Shown in pieces: positions 10,954 through 59,396 of a stretch of 64,000 nt of DNA. Every line of letters begins with the position of its first letter. The first letter of the stretch is position 1. The notes below the pieces were generated by a model, which saw only the letters and a program-made list of their open reading frames with translations, was not told the origin of the DNA and ran no database searches. Origin of the DNA: Podarcis pityusensis (taxonomy: Eukaryota); the NCBI GenBank assembly GCA_964106645.2, contig OZ067044.1, one strand, 5' to 3'. The position numbers were made by a program, and so were the translations under genes.

Positions 10954-11006
10954 TTTATTTAAGAACCAATGTGGTAAATATAAGAAACAAGCATTGAAAG
11001 TTTATT
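10954..11006 (-). terminator. Candidate TTC39C polyadenylation signals (two AATAAA), implying a 3' UTR of about 4.1 kb
   Basis: Minus-strand AATAAA at 11006-11001 and 10959-10954 with U/GU-rich downstream sequence. No transposon recognised in 11-15 kb. Other AATAAA hexamers exist near 12.7 kb, so the true end is uncertain. Confidence 0.45.
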
Positions 11007-12306
11007 GGCAGAACATAAAGTGTTTGGCTCCAGGGGGGTGGGGGGAGTGAATACATCTTTTAAGGAAAACATTTTTTAAAAATGGTAAACAAGTACAGAT
11101 TTTGCATGGGAAACATGTCTTTGCAGCACACATGGAATACTGTTGTCTAAGCCACAACTGAGACCCAGTTCATAGGTTGAATTATGCTTACACAAGACAT
11201 GGGCAGTGCATCAACTGAGTGGCATGAGTACTATTAAACAGCTGGGTTTCCCTACAGTAGACACAGGGGAAACTAAAAGGAAAGAATCACACACCCTTGT
11301 AACCAGGTATATTTAGGGAAAACCAGCAATTTTAAGTGCATGCTCACCATTCAACCAACATCTGCACATGTATTCTGTATGCTGATATTTCTATGCAAGT
11401 ATGAATCAGTTCTGAGCTGAATATGGTAGAAGTACTCAATCTGCAAAACCTGGAGAAACTAAAACATGAAGAACAAACATTCAGGTTCCGGCGGCAACCC
11501 AGAACATTTTAGCCTTTGTTCTCACTGTGATAAACCAATCTGAGCTGTACACAGAAAACTAGGTGTTAGGAAGAAGGATTCTAGGTTAGAAACTTCTTTT
11601 CCTGAGAAGCTAGTCTTCTAGGTGGAGGTGTTGTGGTTGTTAAATACAGAGGAACATTTAATCCTGTGAGCCCACTTCTGCAGACTTTCTTGAAAGAAGC
11701 CAAGCACAGGCCTACCACCTCAGAGGAGAACTAAGCCTAAAGACCCAGCCTAGATATGACCCTAATTTGAATAGAGCAGAAGGGGAATTTAATCCTTTCT
11801 CTCATCAAAATTCCTTCTGCCCAGAATGGAAAAAGGTAACAAGCCCTAGTATTTATTCTCCCAAGTGCTTGTGTGTATTGATTAAGCACCACCCTCCTTC
11901 CAACTCTGATCAAATTAATGCTCTTGCAACTGCATTAAACAAAAGCTATTGGGAAACCCTCCACATGTCTCCTGCACCACATCAAATTTGGCCATAAGTT
12001 ACACCATTCACTTTGATAAACATCCAGGTATCCTTGAAAAACTATGCATATTTATCACTAGAAGGCTACTTAACTGAAGGGTAATTACAAAGAAGGGAAA
12101 ACCCTCAAATCTTGTTCTTAATTTTACTCAGCAGAAATATTTTTTAAAGTACAAGTTCTGTAAATTAAAGACATTTATAGCACACCAAAGTAAACAATCT
12201 AAAGTGACATGTAAAAATTCAAGTTATTCACTTGAAGGACGTCATAATGCAATAAGGTATCAACAACAACAAAAATATACCAGACCTGGTAAATTCTTAA
12301 TAATAT

Positions 12307-12312
<6 letters not shown>

Positions 12313-12355
<43 letters not shown>
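12313..12355. repeat. (TA)n microsatellite in the putative TTC39C 3' UTR
   Basis: Directly visible. Confidence 0.95.
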
Positions 12356-12359
<4 letters not shown>

Positions 12360-15101
12360 CCAATGAGATGCTTACTCTGTTATTGCTATTAGACCATGCC
12401 TCCGAGCTATAAAGTATAAAAACTTATTCCAATTACATAAAATACAGCTGAGATTATTCTCATCACTGGCATAATCTAATATAAAAATACCTTTGACATT
12501 TACAAGATAGAGGTTTCTTCTATGTGTGCACAAGAGGGGTGGGAGTGGGGGAAATACATGGATGGCACTGAGCCGCTGTCAACATACAAGGCGAGATTAC
12601 TTTGCTTGCAGGATTAGCACATCTCAAAACAGACCTGGCGACAGCAATAGGCCCATGATCAGGTCACTACTGTTTTATTTATCATCTAGACACTTGTGAG
12701 GAGCCCCTCCTATGAACCCATCATGCCAATGCAAAAGTCTTCTAACTTTAATAGCTTTGCTCAGGCATTTATTGGTGTGTAATCCTCAAGTCATGTAAGA
12801 TGGCACAGGTGTACTTAAAACAGTTAACTTCTACAAGAGTCTAAGATGCTGAGCTAGTTTAATTTACTAATTCGTGTCTAAAGAAAAACTGCAGATAAGG
12901 TAAAGTGCTTACACCAATTTTAAAAAAACCTAGCAGAAAAATTGTGTGTGTGAGAGAGAGATTCATAAGCAATCAGGGGTCAAAAATGCTTTCACATAGG
13001 CATATAGCTCCCAACCCACTATGTGTTTTAAGTTTTGTTAAATTTTGTAGCTTTAGAATGGCTGCTCCTGTTTCATGAGCTCAACACTGATAGCTTATCC
13101 TCCAATCCCATGACCATGCAGGGATGAGGATGCTGCTACTGTGCTTGATACCCATTGATTCTCTATGACCACCAAGGGTGAAACAATCTTGTTGTAAGGC
13201 AACTGCAGTTTGTTGCTTGAGCGCTGCTAATTTCCCAATCCCCTTGCCCTTCCAAGGAATGTACTGCAAGGATCCCAACAGGTTTTTGGTTTTTTTTAAT
13301 CTCCAAGCCAAGAAACAGAATGGCAAATCCTGCCATTTAAAGCAAACAAAAGAGCAAACATCCCATGTCTACAAAATGAAACCAAAGCAGATAAGCTGTC
13401 AATCCATTGAGAAATGGGACTCCTCCAAAGCAATAAATAAATAATAACAAAGAAATATTCACAGCATATAGTGTTACTAAAAAGTAAAGGTGTAGTTACA
13501 TCTTTTAAACATTCAACTTCTCTTTTTAGAAGGCAGCAGGTTCAGCTGTCGTGAAGTGCTTTTTACTGGCCAAAGGGAGAGTAGGGCAATCTGACCCACA
13601 GCTCCAGTCAATACTTGGCAGCTCCGGTTGGGGAATGCTCTATATGCACTGCACCACACGGAGTATCAGCGAGAGCTGGAGGTGAAATGTGGAGCCCCCT
13701 GCTTATATTTATCTCCACGTGTTCACCAGAAGCATGGCAAGGTCTGAATCAGGGCCAAAAAATTTGTACTCTCCATATGCCAAGAAAGTGTTGGAGCCAG
13801 TCAGTCAGGTAAAGTACAAACAATGTAAGCATTTTTCAGAGTGTGCCAGAATAAAAGTTTATAGCTAGATACCAGGAGTGAAAGTAAGGCTCTAACCACT
13901 TTGAAAGAAAAAGGTACTTCAGTTCTACAAAGTTACTCAATTCCCAAGTATTTAGGAAAACTGCTATTCCAAAAATTGGTGTTTGAGTTGTTTTTGATTT
14001 TTTTAAAAAAACACTTACTTGTTAAAAATAAAACACTAAAACAAACTGGAATAAAGATAAGTGACATCATAGGTCTGGACTGCCACATGGCAAGTCCCAT
14101 TATATTTAACATATGAGTGATAATTTGTAAACACCTTGTTAACAGCAAAGCTACTAGGCAACAGTACCATTTAAAACAGATAAAAAATGTCTGTAACACA
14201 ATTATTAAGGGTTTGAAAAATAAACATTTGGCTGAAAAATAGAAGTTTCTAAATCTTCACACAATTTAACATAAATATAGGAGTAGGCTCTGTTACACAT
14301 GCATTTGGATGATCAATATAACTTAAATGAGCAGGTTTGCTGTGCTGTGAGTGAGCCAGGCTTGATTCTTTCCAGGCCTGCTCTGTTTTTGTTGGCCTCT
14401 GAATAAAATAATATCTATTTCTGCCTATTTACAGTTTCAAACAATTAATTACACAGTACTGTTTCAACGAACAGTTGGTATCCCTCTTCAAAAGAACAAA
14501 TAACCTATCCAAAATGAGAGAAAAAAGCTTTTTGCAGAAACTGAGCCAATGTTGTTATAGAAGTCAAAGTGTGCTTATTGTAGGCTCATTTGTACAATCA
14601 CAAGCTAAATATGTTCCACTTGTCTAAGAACAAACAAAAAAGACACACCTCAAAAGCAAAGGCTTCCAAACCTGGAGAAGTCCTCTAGCACAAACCCCAC
14701 AGAATCCCAGAGTAGAGATATGAAGACAAGTGGGAGGTGGGGGCTGGAATAATTGAGTAACAACTGCCTCTCCACGACCTAACCCAATTTTCCAGTCCCC
14801 ATCGCCCCAGGCCTTCACATATCTATCCCAGGAGTTAGGCAACTTCTAGCTCCCACTCACTCAATTAGGACTTGTGCAAGAGAAATTGCTACTGGATTAG
14901 GCCGTAGGACACTTAATATTTTTTGGCTAATTTTGCCCTTAACCATTGAAGATGGTAATGTTTTTCTGCCACCAACTCTAGATGTCATTGAAAAGGTGTC
15001 TCTGGCACTGGTGGTTGTTTTCAGTAGAGAAGCTGGTCCTCCTAACAGTTTTGCTCTGAGTGCAGAAACAGGGAGAAGAAAGAGTTGAGGCATCCTGCCC
15101 A

Positions 15102-51000
<35,899 letters not shown>

Positions 51001-52557
51001 GTGGCTTCTTTAACAAACCGAAAAAAGAGGAAAAAGAAGGGGGGGGGAGGTTTTGGAGAGGGGGTGTGTGTAAGCTTTCTATTAAGTCCGCCACCTCTAA
51101 GCATCGAGAGGGCTGAAGGGTGCATCTGATGCAGTGCTTTGTTTCCAGCAGTGGCAGAACAGCTGCCTCTGTTAAAGTCTCCAGGCACCTGGTCTTCAAA
51201 GATAGGCTGCTGCTGAATGTGGAGGTTCCATCATCTAACCATCCTAGTTAACAGAGCTACATAGCCCAGTCCTCTCCGGTGCATGTTTGCTCAGAAGTAA
51301 GTTACACCGATTTCAACATACGTATATGTGCTTGTTTCCAAGCTTTTAAGTCCTGCCTCTCGGTCATAAGTGTGGTGAGCTAACAACATAAAAACCGGGG
51401 TGGGGGGGAATCGATGTTAAATTCGTCAGTGGGCCATTTCTCTCTGGTTGGTGTTCTTAAGACTGCAGCAGTAAAGGATTATTGTTATTTAGTACAGTAC
51501 TTACAAAGTGCCTAAAAATTTCCAAGCACTGTACTAAAATAGATGTATTAAACTATAAGATAGTTCCTGCCAGCAGTTGAAATGTGATACTCTGCACAAT
51601 TGAACTATATTTTCAAACATTCTGTCAAATGTCCATTTAAAAAAACCTTTATGTGTGTTTTGATTTAGCTGTAATTTCTCCTTAGAGTGAACAAATCATG
51701 ATAACGCTGCTATGACTGTGTGTGTGCTGTGCCTATATAGCAATTTATCAAGTGTCTCCATAATATATATGGTTTTCTGAAGCAAAAAACCCAGGAGACT
51801 TGAAATAAAAATGCCAGAGATGCCACGGTGTAATATGTTACAATTATATTTCTGTCTGCATTGCTGCAGTAGTGAATATGAGAAGTTGAAGCTGTGTTTT
51901 TACTTTATATTCCCCTTGTCATAGAAGCCCTGCCTCCTAATACCAGGTGTCTGACAGCAGCAGGAAAAGTACTCTAAACATGTTCAAGGAGGTTGCCCTC
52001 CCTCTCGTTATTCTTTCAAGGACATACCCTGGACTCCAAAGCAGATTGTGAGGCCAAGCCTTGGCCCAAATTCAGTGTAAACATGTGACTGCAGTTTAAC
52101 AGAAAATGAAACAGGAAAGGGCACATTTTCCTCCTAATGGCAATGGATTGAATCCAAACTGAAATCCTGTGCATCCTTACCTGGGAATAAGTTTCAATGA
52201 ACTTAAGGGGCTTGCATCTAAGTAGACAAGTAAAGGCTATTGCTGATGAACAAGCACACAGTTTTAAAATCTTGAATGTTTATTGACGCAGCTGTCATTT
52301 AAGCTGCAAGAAGCCACACACAAGGATAATCATGCAGAAACTACTGGATTAAAAATAAAATGAAATACCAAGTATAAATTTCCAATTATGTAGGACTAAA
52401 GATTGTGGGCAGCAGGGGAAGGGGAGGCCACCTGCTCAATGTCAAAACTGACCATGACACTCAGGTTGGAGGTGAGTGGTGTCAGGCCCACAACCTGCAG
52501 GGGCCCCATTGCCAAACCCCAGAATCTCTTGTCCTTCTTCCTTGCTGTTGCTGTTTG

Positions 52558-53095
52558 TTTATGCCCCAAAGAGGACCTTAAGGTCCATAAATAACAAAAT
52601 TTTGGGGGTCCTGAGCCTCAAGGAAGTTGATACCAATCTAACTAGGGCCAGGGCCTTTTCAGCACTGGCCCCGACTTAGTGGAACTCTCTGACACAAGAG
52701 ACCAGGGCCCTGCGGGATTTGACATCTTTCCGCAGGGCCTGCAAGATGGAGCTGTTCCGGCTAGCCTTCGGCTTGGACTCACTCTGACCCCTTATATGGG
52801 ATTTGGTATATAATTTTTCTCTTGGCTTTTTTGCTGGCTCATGTAGGACCAGCATGGATAGCTGTCTCAGGTGAATATCTGATGTTTCCTCCCTTTATGG
52901 TCTTGATTTATGGGCTACTACTAAAATGAGGCTGCATTTTAAGCTGTATTTTAAGCCGTATTTTAATTAACTGTCCCCCCCTTTTTTCTATTATGTTTTA
53001 TTGTAATTTATATTTGGTGTTAGCCGCCCTGAGCCCGGCCCTGGCTGAGAAGGGCAGGGTATAAATAAAAATTTATATTATTATTGTTGTTGTTG
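52558..53095 (+). mobile_element. L2-like LINE 3' fragment
   Basis: YAPKRTLRS...RARAFSALAPT*WNSL remnant; tail gccgccctgagccc...gggtataaataaaa. Confidence 0.8.
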
Positions 53096-53139
53096 TTTGT
53101 CCTCTTAAATGCAAGTTGTAACTAAGGGAAGAAGATGCG

Positions 53140-53283
53140 CATAGAATCATAGAATTGTAGAGTTGGAAGGAACCACAAGAGTCATCTAGTCCGACTCCCA
53201 CAATGCAGAAATGTTTTGCCCAGCATGGGGCTTGAATGCACAACCCTGAGATTAAGAGTCTTATGTTCTACTGACTGAGCTAC
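53140..53283 (-). mobile_element. tRNA-Lys-derived SINE with a CR1-type 3' tail
   Basis: Minus-strand head gtagctcagtcagtagaacataagactcttaatctcagggtt; tail ccttccaactctacaattctatgattctatg (CR1 ATTCTRTG repeats). Confidence 0.8.
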
Positions 53284-54629
53284 GAAGGCTTAATATCCTA
53301 GTTCCCACTAATATCGTTCTTAACAGGGACAGTTCTGAGTTTAAGGAGCAGCTAGGAATTAAGTACACACAGGTATATGGCTAGAGCTTTCTGGATTTTC
53401 TGGTGCATGTATACTGTCTGCTGTTGCTTGTCAGTGCATGAGTGTATTCAACATACTTCACCTGGACTCCTCATCCTGCTGCAAGAGACATAGCATTAAC
53501 ATTTAAAAACTGATCCTAAGCACTGTACTGCCAAGTTGTTTTGCCTGCTAGTGACTGCTTTACAGTCAAGCAAGAAAAGGATTTCAGACAGTAAGGATTG
53601 TGGTATTAGAATTCAGCAACAAAAATCTTGCAAATCTGGCTAAAAGATGGCTGAGCACCTTGCAAAGCCTTGCTTTCCGCAGAAGCCATTTAAAAGAACC
53701 CATTTATTTACCAGAATCGATGCTGCTAAAAATATTCCAAACCTGCCTGAAATAGATTGTAGGGCTTCACTTATTACTGAAATTTAAAAGTCCTTGTATC
53801 AAAAATGTTACAGCTCTTCGGCATATGAGTCCTTACTTTAAGTGATTGTTATCTGACAGCACAGGCTGTGCTCTGGCTAATCAAAAATGGTCTCATTTTT
53901 TTTTTAATGCACGAGTTTACAATTCTTTTAGTTGGCCAGGATAGAAGTTAAATCTAAAGAAGAGGTGGTTCTTTTCTATGTAGGTTCATATTTAAACACT
54001 CAAGCAATCTTCCTATCATTCAGCCCAAATTGGAGAGAGACAACCGTGATTCTTCTAAAATGTGCCACCTAAAGTGATATACTCCCTTGCCTAACAGTAG
54101 AGCTGGCAGTTTCTACTGAAAGCAAATAACAATTTCCCAGTTGTATCAAATCCTTGTATGTGATGTTCGGCCTATTCCTATGCATGTTTTCTCAGAATTA
54201 AGTACCACTGAATTTAGCCATGAGACTTTAGCCATTTAAAATTTCAGATAACGTACAGACTGGTTGCAAGTGAAATCTGCAACAAAATTTTGCAGTGGGG
54301 TGTGTTTCCTTTCAGAATTCCAGTCACACGGATACCCCTTTCTCTCTGGTTTTCTGGTCCTTATCTCCAACAGTCCATCAGCATTCTATGGTCACTGAGC
54401 ACACCCAGTCATCACTGGGCTGTTCTGCAGGGTTCCCTAGTATCCTGTTCATAAGACATGTAGATTTGATATATGTTGAGACAGACGGATCAGGCCCCTG
54501 GTTGCATTGAACGACTTGCACAGTATGTTCAGAGAACAGGCCAAACACATTTGGGTTTCGTTGGGACATGATCCTGCACACACCCACACACACCCCACCC
54601 TGCAAACATTTGGTATATATGCCATGTGA

Positions 54630-54800
54630 GCCATATTCACCCATGAAGCTCACAGGTTGACCTGGGGCTAGTCCCTGTCAGCCTAACCTACCTCACAGGG
54701 TTGTTGTGAAGATAAATGAGGGGAGGGTTAGAATCATGAAAAGTACCTTGAGTTCCTTAGAGGAAATGTGGTATATAAACATAATGGAATAAACAAACAG
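54630..54800 (+). mobile_element. MIR/CORE-SINE fragment
   Basis: CORE-like motif cctacctcacagggttgttgtgaagataaa. Confidence 0.7.
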
Positions 54801-55729
54801 ATGAAATGTAATCTGAAAACAGACAGCCCCGATGTATTTCTTACATTTAGGTTTGCCTTCATAACCACTACTCTTCATGTGGTTTGCAATTTAGCCGAAC
54901 AAAAATCATGGAGATAGCAAATAAGTACCTAAGTCCTGTGTGTTATCTGTGGAGTTCCAGAACCATGCTCTTTAGTTAACTCTGTTTGGCCCACTTAGAA
55001 TCAAGTTATGCCAAATGCTTAGGAAGATTTGTGGTGTTGAAAACTGTATTTCCACTACATTAAAGCAAACATGATGTACTTCAAACAGCAGTGATCAGGC
55101 AATTTTACTGCTGCTGTTAGTGTTACAGCCTGTTCTTAATAGTTTTATAGTCCTTTTCCTGCATTAATAAAGTGCATTTAATCTCTTTACTATGGAACAT
55201 CAAGAGATCAGCGATGCTGCAGGGTTGCTTGCAGGCAAAGTCTGTTGCATAGTGATAAAGACTGTAGGTTACACACAGGGCACTGATTTGCAGGACTTCA
55301 GTTTTAAAAAAGTTGATGTGAACAGAATAAAACTGGATTGGTAGTGGTAGGGCTGTGCAGCTTTTTTTAAAGAAGATCCCAGAATTGTTGAGCTTTTTAA
55401 GGGAAACCTAACCCCAAAATAGTGATTTGAAGCTTTCTGAGCTGTTTCCGATGCTTTTTCTATCACATTGCCATACATCTGGGTTTACCTACTAACACAG
55501 TCAGACACTTAAAAAGCCCATTGTGGCTGGAAAGCAAAATATAAATATAATTTATTAAGTAATGGGCAATATTTGCCTAGTCCTGTTAAATGCGGGGTGG
55601 TGGGGTGGTGGCTATGATTGGCTGCACCTCTTGCGGATTAAACTGCATCCTTCAAAAAGAGGATGGGAACTTTATTTGGCTTTCTAAGTCCTCATGATGG
55701 CAAAGGCTTTCAAGCTTAGCTTACTGCTG

Positions 55730-56125
55730 GTCCTCAGAGCTCACAACCAGAGTTCGCAACCAGACCTCACAAACAGGGACAAGGATTGCAGAAGGAGACT
55801 GAAGAGAGCGAGCTTGCGTCTTCTGGAGCCTGAGTGTGTGTGTGTGTCTGATTGCTTTGTGGGAACACAGGATCTGAGGGGGAGGCGTTACAGCTAAGAG
55901 GAAGCCAACTGAGAGGGGAGTTAGCAACCAGCAGCAGTCAAACTTAGCTCAGTGCAGATCCTGGGAGCTTGCGAACAGACCTCACAAACAGGTGCATTTG
56001 TGAGGGCGTTTAGCGGGAGAGTTTAAGGGGGAGGACCAGAGTTCTGTCTCTTGGTGTGTACAGGACCAGAGACATGGAGGGCGAGGGAACTGCTGCAGTG
56101 ACCTATAACACCTGTGCCATGTTTG
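55730..56125 (+). mobile_element. Probable CR1 LINE 5' UTR and ORF1 start
   Basis: 17-bp repeat cagacctcacaaacagg at 55761 and 55976. ATG at 56074 gives MEGEGTAAVTYNTCAMF, resembling the CR1 ORF1 VxCxxCxMF start. Confidence 0.55.
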
Positions 56126-57609
56126 GATGATGACTCAAATGCTCCTATACTTACTTACATGGGAGTAAGTCCCACTGAACTCAATAGGACTTTGGGGGGA
56201 CAAGGATTGCACCATCAGTGAACTGTGAGGCACCCATAGAAATATTGACATTGTGCAAATGAAGGTCAACATGAGCACAAACATCCCCATCCTCTTCGAT
56301 GTAAAGGAATGTATCATGTATACAGTGCGCATTTGACTCATTTCCCAGTCTTGAGGGTTATGGTGCAGCCTTCCTTCCATGCACTTCCATGGGGCCCTGT
56401 GTCTAGGCAGATTATTTCAGTAATGAAATAATGAAATCAAGGCACAGAAGGGCCTTTCAGCCCCTAAATCAATCCATTCAAGATTAGTCCATGCTGGTAA
56501 AATTATTATCATATGACAGCCTTGCTTAGGCATGTGTGTGCGCGCACACACAAAGAACATTGTATTCTCTCAGACCAGTTATGATGTCTATATACTGCAT
56601 TGAGAATCAAAGGCAGTATGCTTCTGAACACCAGCTGCTGAGGAACAATAATGGGAGGCAGCTATTGGCCTCATGTCTTCTGTGGGAAGAGGATGATGGA
56701 CCAAATAGGCCTTTGGTCTGATCCATCATGACTCTTAATGTTAGTCACCCCTAGAGACAGTCTTTAAAATAAATGAATGAATGAATAGGTACACAAATTG
56801 GGTGGCAGGGAATCAGTTTTCAATAACATGTCAGCATTGGGTGTGTGTGAAATAAATCAAAATATTCATTACTGCTATTCTCAACACATATTATCAATAT
56901 AAAATTTCTACAAGTTAAGCCACTCATAGCTGCAGTACAGAAACTGATTGCTGAATAACCCTGAGAACATAACAAAATGTACTTGAGTAACATCGTGAAG
57001 TGCAATACAGGGAAGTCTATTCCACCTTCAGTACCTGTTTTGGTTTGATGTACAAATACCTAACATCTTTGCCCTCAAGGTAATTTCAGTAAAGTGAAGT
57101 TTAAGCAAGGGTTTTAGTCTATAATTAACTAGCTCTTATTTTGCTGTCCTTTCCGGAATAGCTAGTTTCTCTGGTGAACATAGTAATAATGCTAGAGCTG
57201 TTAACCTTTCCAGAGATTGCATTACATTTGATCCTTTATGGCAATAATCCTTCACTTGAACTCCACGGGAATTACTTCTGGGTAGGCATATATAGGAATG
57301 GACTGATTTGGTCCCCCAGCTATCACCTTGTGTTCCTTGTGACTGACAGTGCCTCTGACTCACTGACATTATGCACAAAACGCTGTACTTAAGTCCAGGC
57401 ACAACCAATCACAGTGAGTGAGTAACTCTAAATCACTTGTAACATACATTTTACTGTTCAGTTTGGAAACTTATTGCCCTCCAGATGTTGGACTACAGCT
57501 CCCATCATGCTTGACTGTGGCCCAGTTGACTAGGGCTGATGGGAGTTGGAATCGAACATCACCATTGGAGGAGGAATAGTTTTCTCATCTACCTTAGTGT
57601 TTCCATTCT

Positions 57610-57965
57610 CAAGGGGGCTTCAGCTAAGGCTGAACAATGAATAAAACAGTAAAATTAATTGGTAATTCAAAACAAATTGTATAACAATCAAACAGTAGAA
57701 TATGGGTTTAAAATCCAAGTCAACGAAAAAATCCTCACCTAGAACTAGAAAGTGATCAAATAGGTACTGGGTGAGCTTCCCTGGGGGGAGCATTCCATAG
57801 GGTGGATGCCACAATCAAGAAGTCTCTCTCCCCACGGTCACTGCCTGCACCTCCAGAGGCAGAAGAGCCAGAAAAAGGCCTCAAAGGATGACTGTAATGT
57901 AGTCACAGGTTATTGTGAAAGCAGAAGGGCATTCAGATACCCAGATCCAAAGCCATAGGGTTAAA
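57610..57965 (-). mobile_element. Diverged L2-like LINE 3' fragment
   Basis: Minus strand reads tatggaatgctccccc (LWNA.P) preceded by ggctttggatctggg. Confidence 0.5.
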
Positions 57966-58994
57966 CACTCAGCAAACTATCATGGCAGCTTTCAACTGAA
58001 ACACACAAACACCCCACCCAAAATTCTGATTACAAATCTATGTCATGTCCAGTTTGGCCCTAGTAATAAATGAGGGCTCACACAATATTGACTCTGGAAA
58101 GAGATTGTACATACTGTACTGGGGAGAGTGTTTGTTTCTAACATCTGATATAGCATCCCTGAGAAATACAGTTTTGTAATCTGAAAGGTTTTGCCACATG
58201 TGCTTGGGAAAATAAATGACTGTAATATGTGTTTTAGGAGTGGGATTGATAAAAGTCTTTGTTTCCCTTTGTATGCCTGAACATGAAGGACTCTTCCTCA
58301 ATTAAGTGTATTAAATGTGTGCATTCAAGCACAATAATTTTCATGTACGTTCAAGTGACAGCATTATCCATGGGCAACAGCTGGGTTAGGGCTCTTAATG
58401 CTTAGATAAGCTTTAGTCAAAGGCCTTCATGCCTTCCCTTCATTCTCAAGACACTGGAGGTCACAATGCTGGCTTCTTTGTTTTTCTAAGGAAAAGCCAA
58501 TTCACGAAGCTGAAACTGGAAGAGAACTGTTTGTGTTTATGTGTGCTTGATCCTTTCCCCTCTTGATATCTGTCGGCTTAAAATAATCCCCAAGTCACTT
58601 TCCTATCCACAGGGGGAAGGATATGGAGACACCTTATATTTTCCTTTTCAGGGGGAAAAAGCAGCTGAAGGAAAATAGTAAAGCAGCCTCATCCTGATAG
58701 CTGTCCAATTCCAACGTCTTGTTTCATTCTGCATTTATTTCAAAGGGGAGGCTGTGACAGGGGATCTGCCTGCCATCCTTTTTCAAATGTTAAATTAAAT
58801 ATGGGGAACCTGTGGCCCTCTTGTTGCTGGATTCCTGCTCCCATCACCCCAGCCAAGATTTATCTCAGTCCATTTAATATCTGTATGTGGAGTGGTACCA
58901 TCTTGTCCTTTGCCTCAGCCAGCAAAGTATCTTGGGGCTGTCCTAGGCAGGAGTATGTGAGCTGGAATTAGGGGGAACATAGAGCAGCTATTCA

Positions 58995-59348
58995 GGGACA
59001 CAGGTGACGCTGTGGTCTAAACCACAGAGCTTAGGGCTTGCCGATAGGAAAGTCGGCGGTTCGAATCCCTGCAACGGGGTGAGCTCCCATTGCTCGGTCC
59101 CAGCTCCTGTCAACCTAGCAGTTCGAAAGCATGTCAAAGTGCAAGTAGATAAATAGGTGCCGCTCCAGCAGGAAGGTAAATGGCGTTTCCGTGCACTGCT
59201 CTGGTTTCGCCAGAAGCTGCTTAGTCATGCTGGCCACATGACCCGGAAAAACTGTGGACAAACGCCTGCTCCCTCGGCCTATAGAGCAAGATGAGCGCCG
59301 CAACCCCAGAGTTGTTCACGACTGGACTTAACTGTCAGGGGTCCTTTA
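58995..59348 (+). mobile_element. Near full-length Sauria SINE
   Basis: tRNA-like head with B box ggttcgaatcc; core catgctggccacatgacccgg; ends caggggtccttta. Confidence 0.9.
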
Positions 59349-59396
59349 CAGTGGTACCTTGGGTTACAGACGCTTCAGGTTACAGACTCCGCTAAC
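59349..59396 (+). mobile_element. Left-end fragment of a Tc1/mariner (pogo/Tigger-like) MITE at the SINE tail
   Basis: TA|cagtggtaccttgggttacagacgcttcaggttacagactccgctaac matches the left end of the 36866 element. Confidence 0.8.

Noticed and set aside
53215-53283. tRNA-Lys-like sequence as a tRNA gene
   Set aside because: The T arm/B box is degenerate and it is fused to a CR1-type tail, so it is a SINE head.
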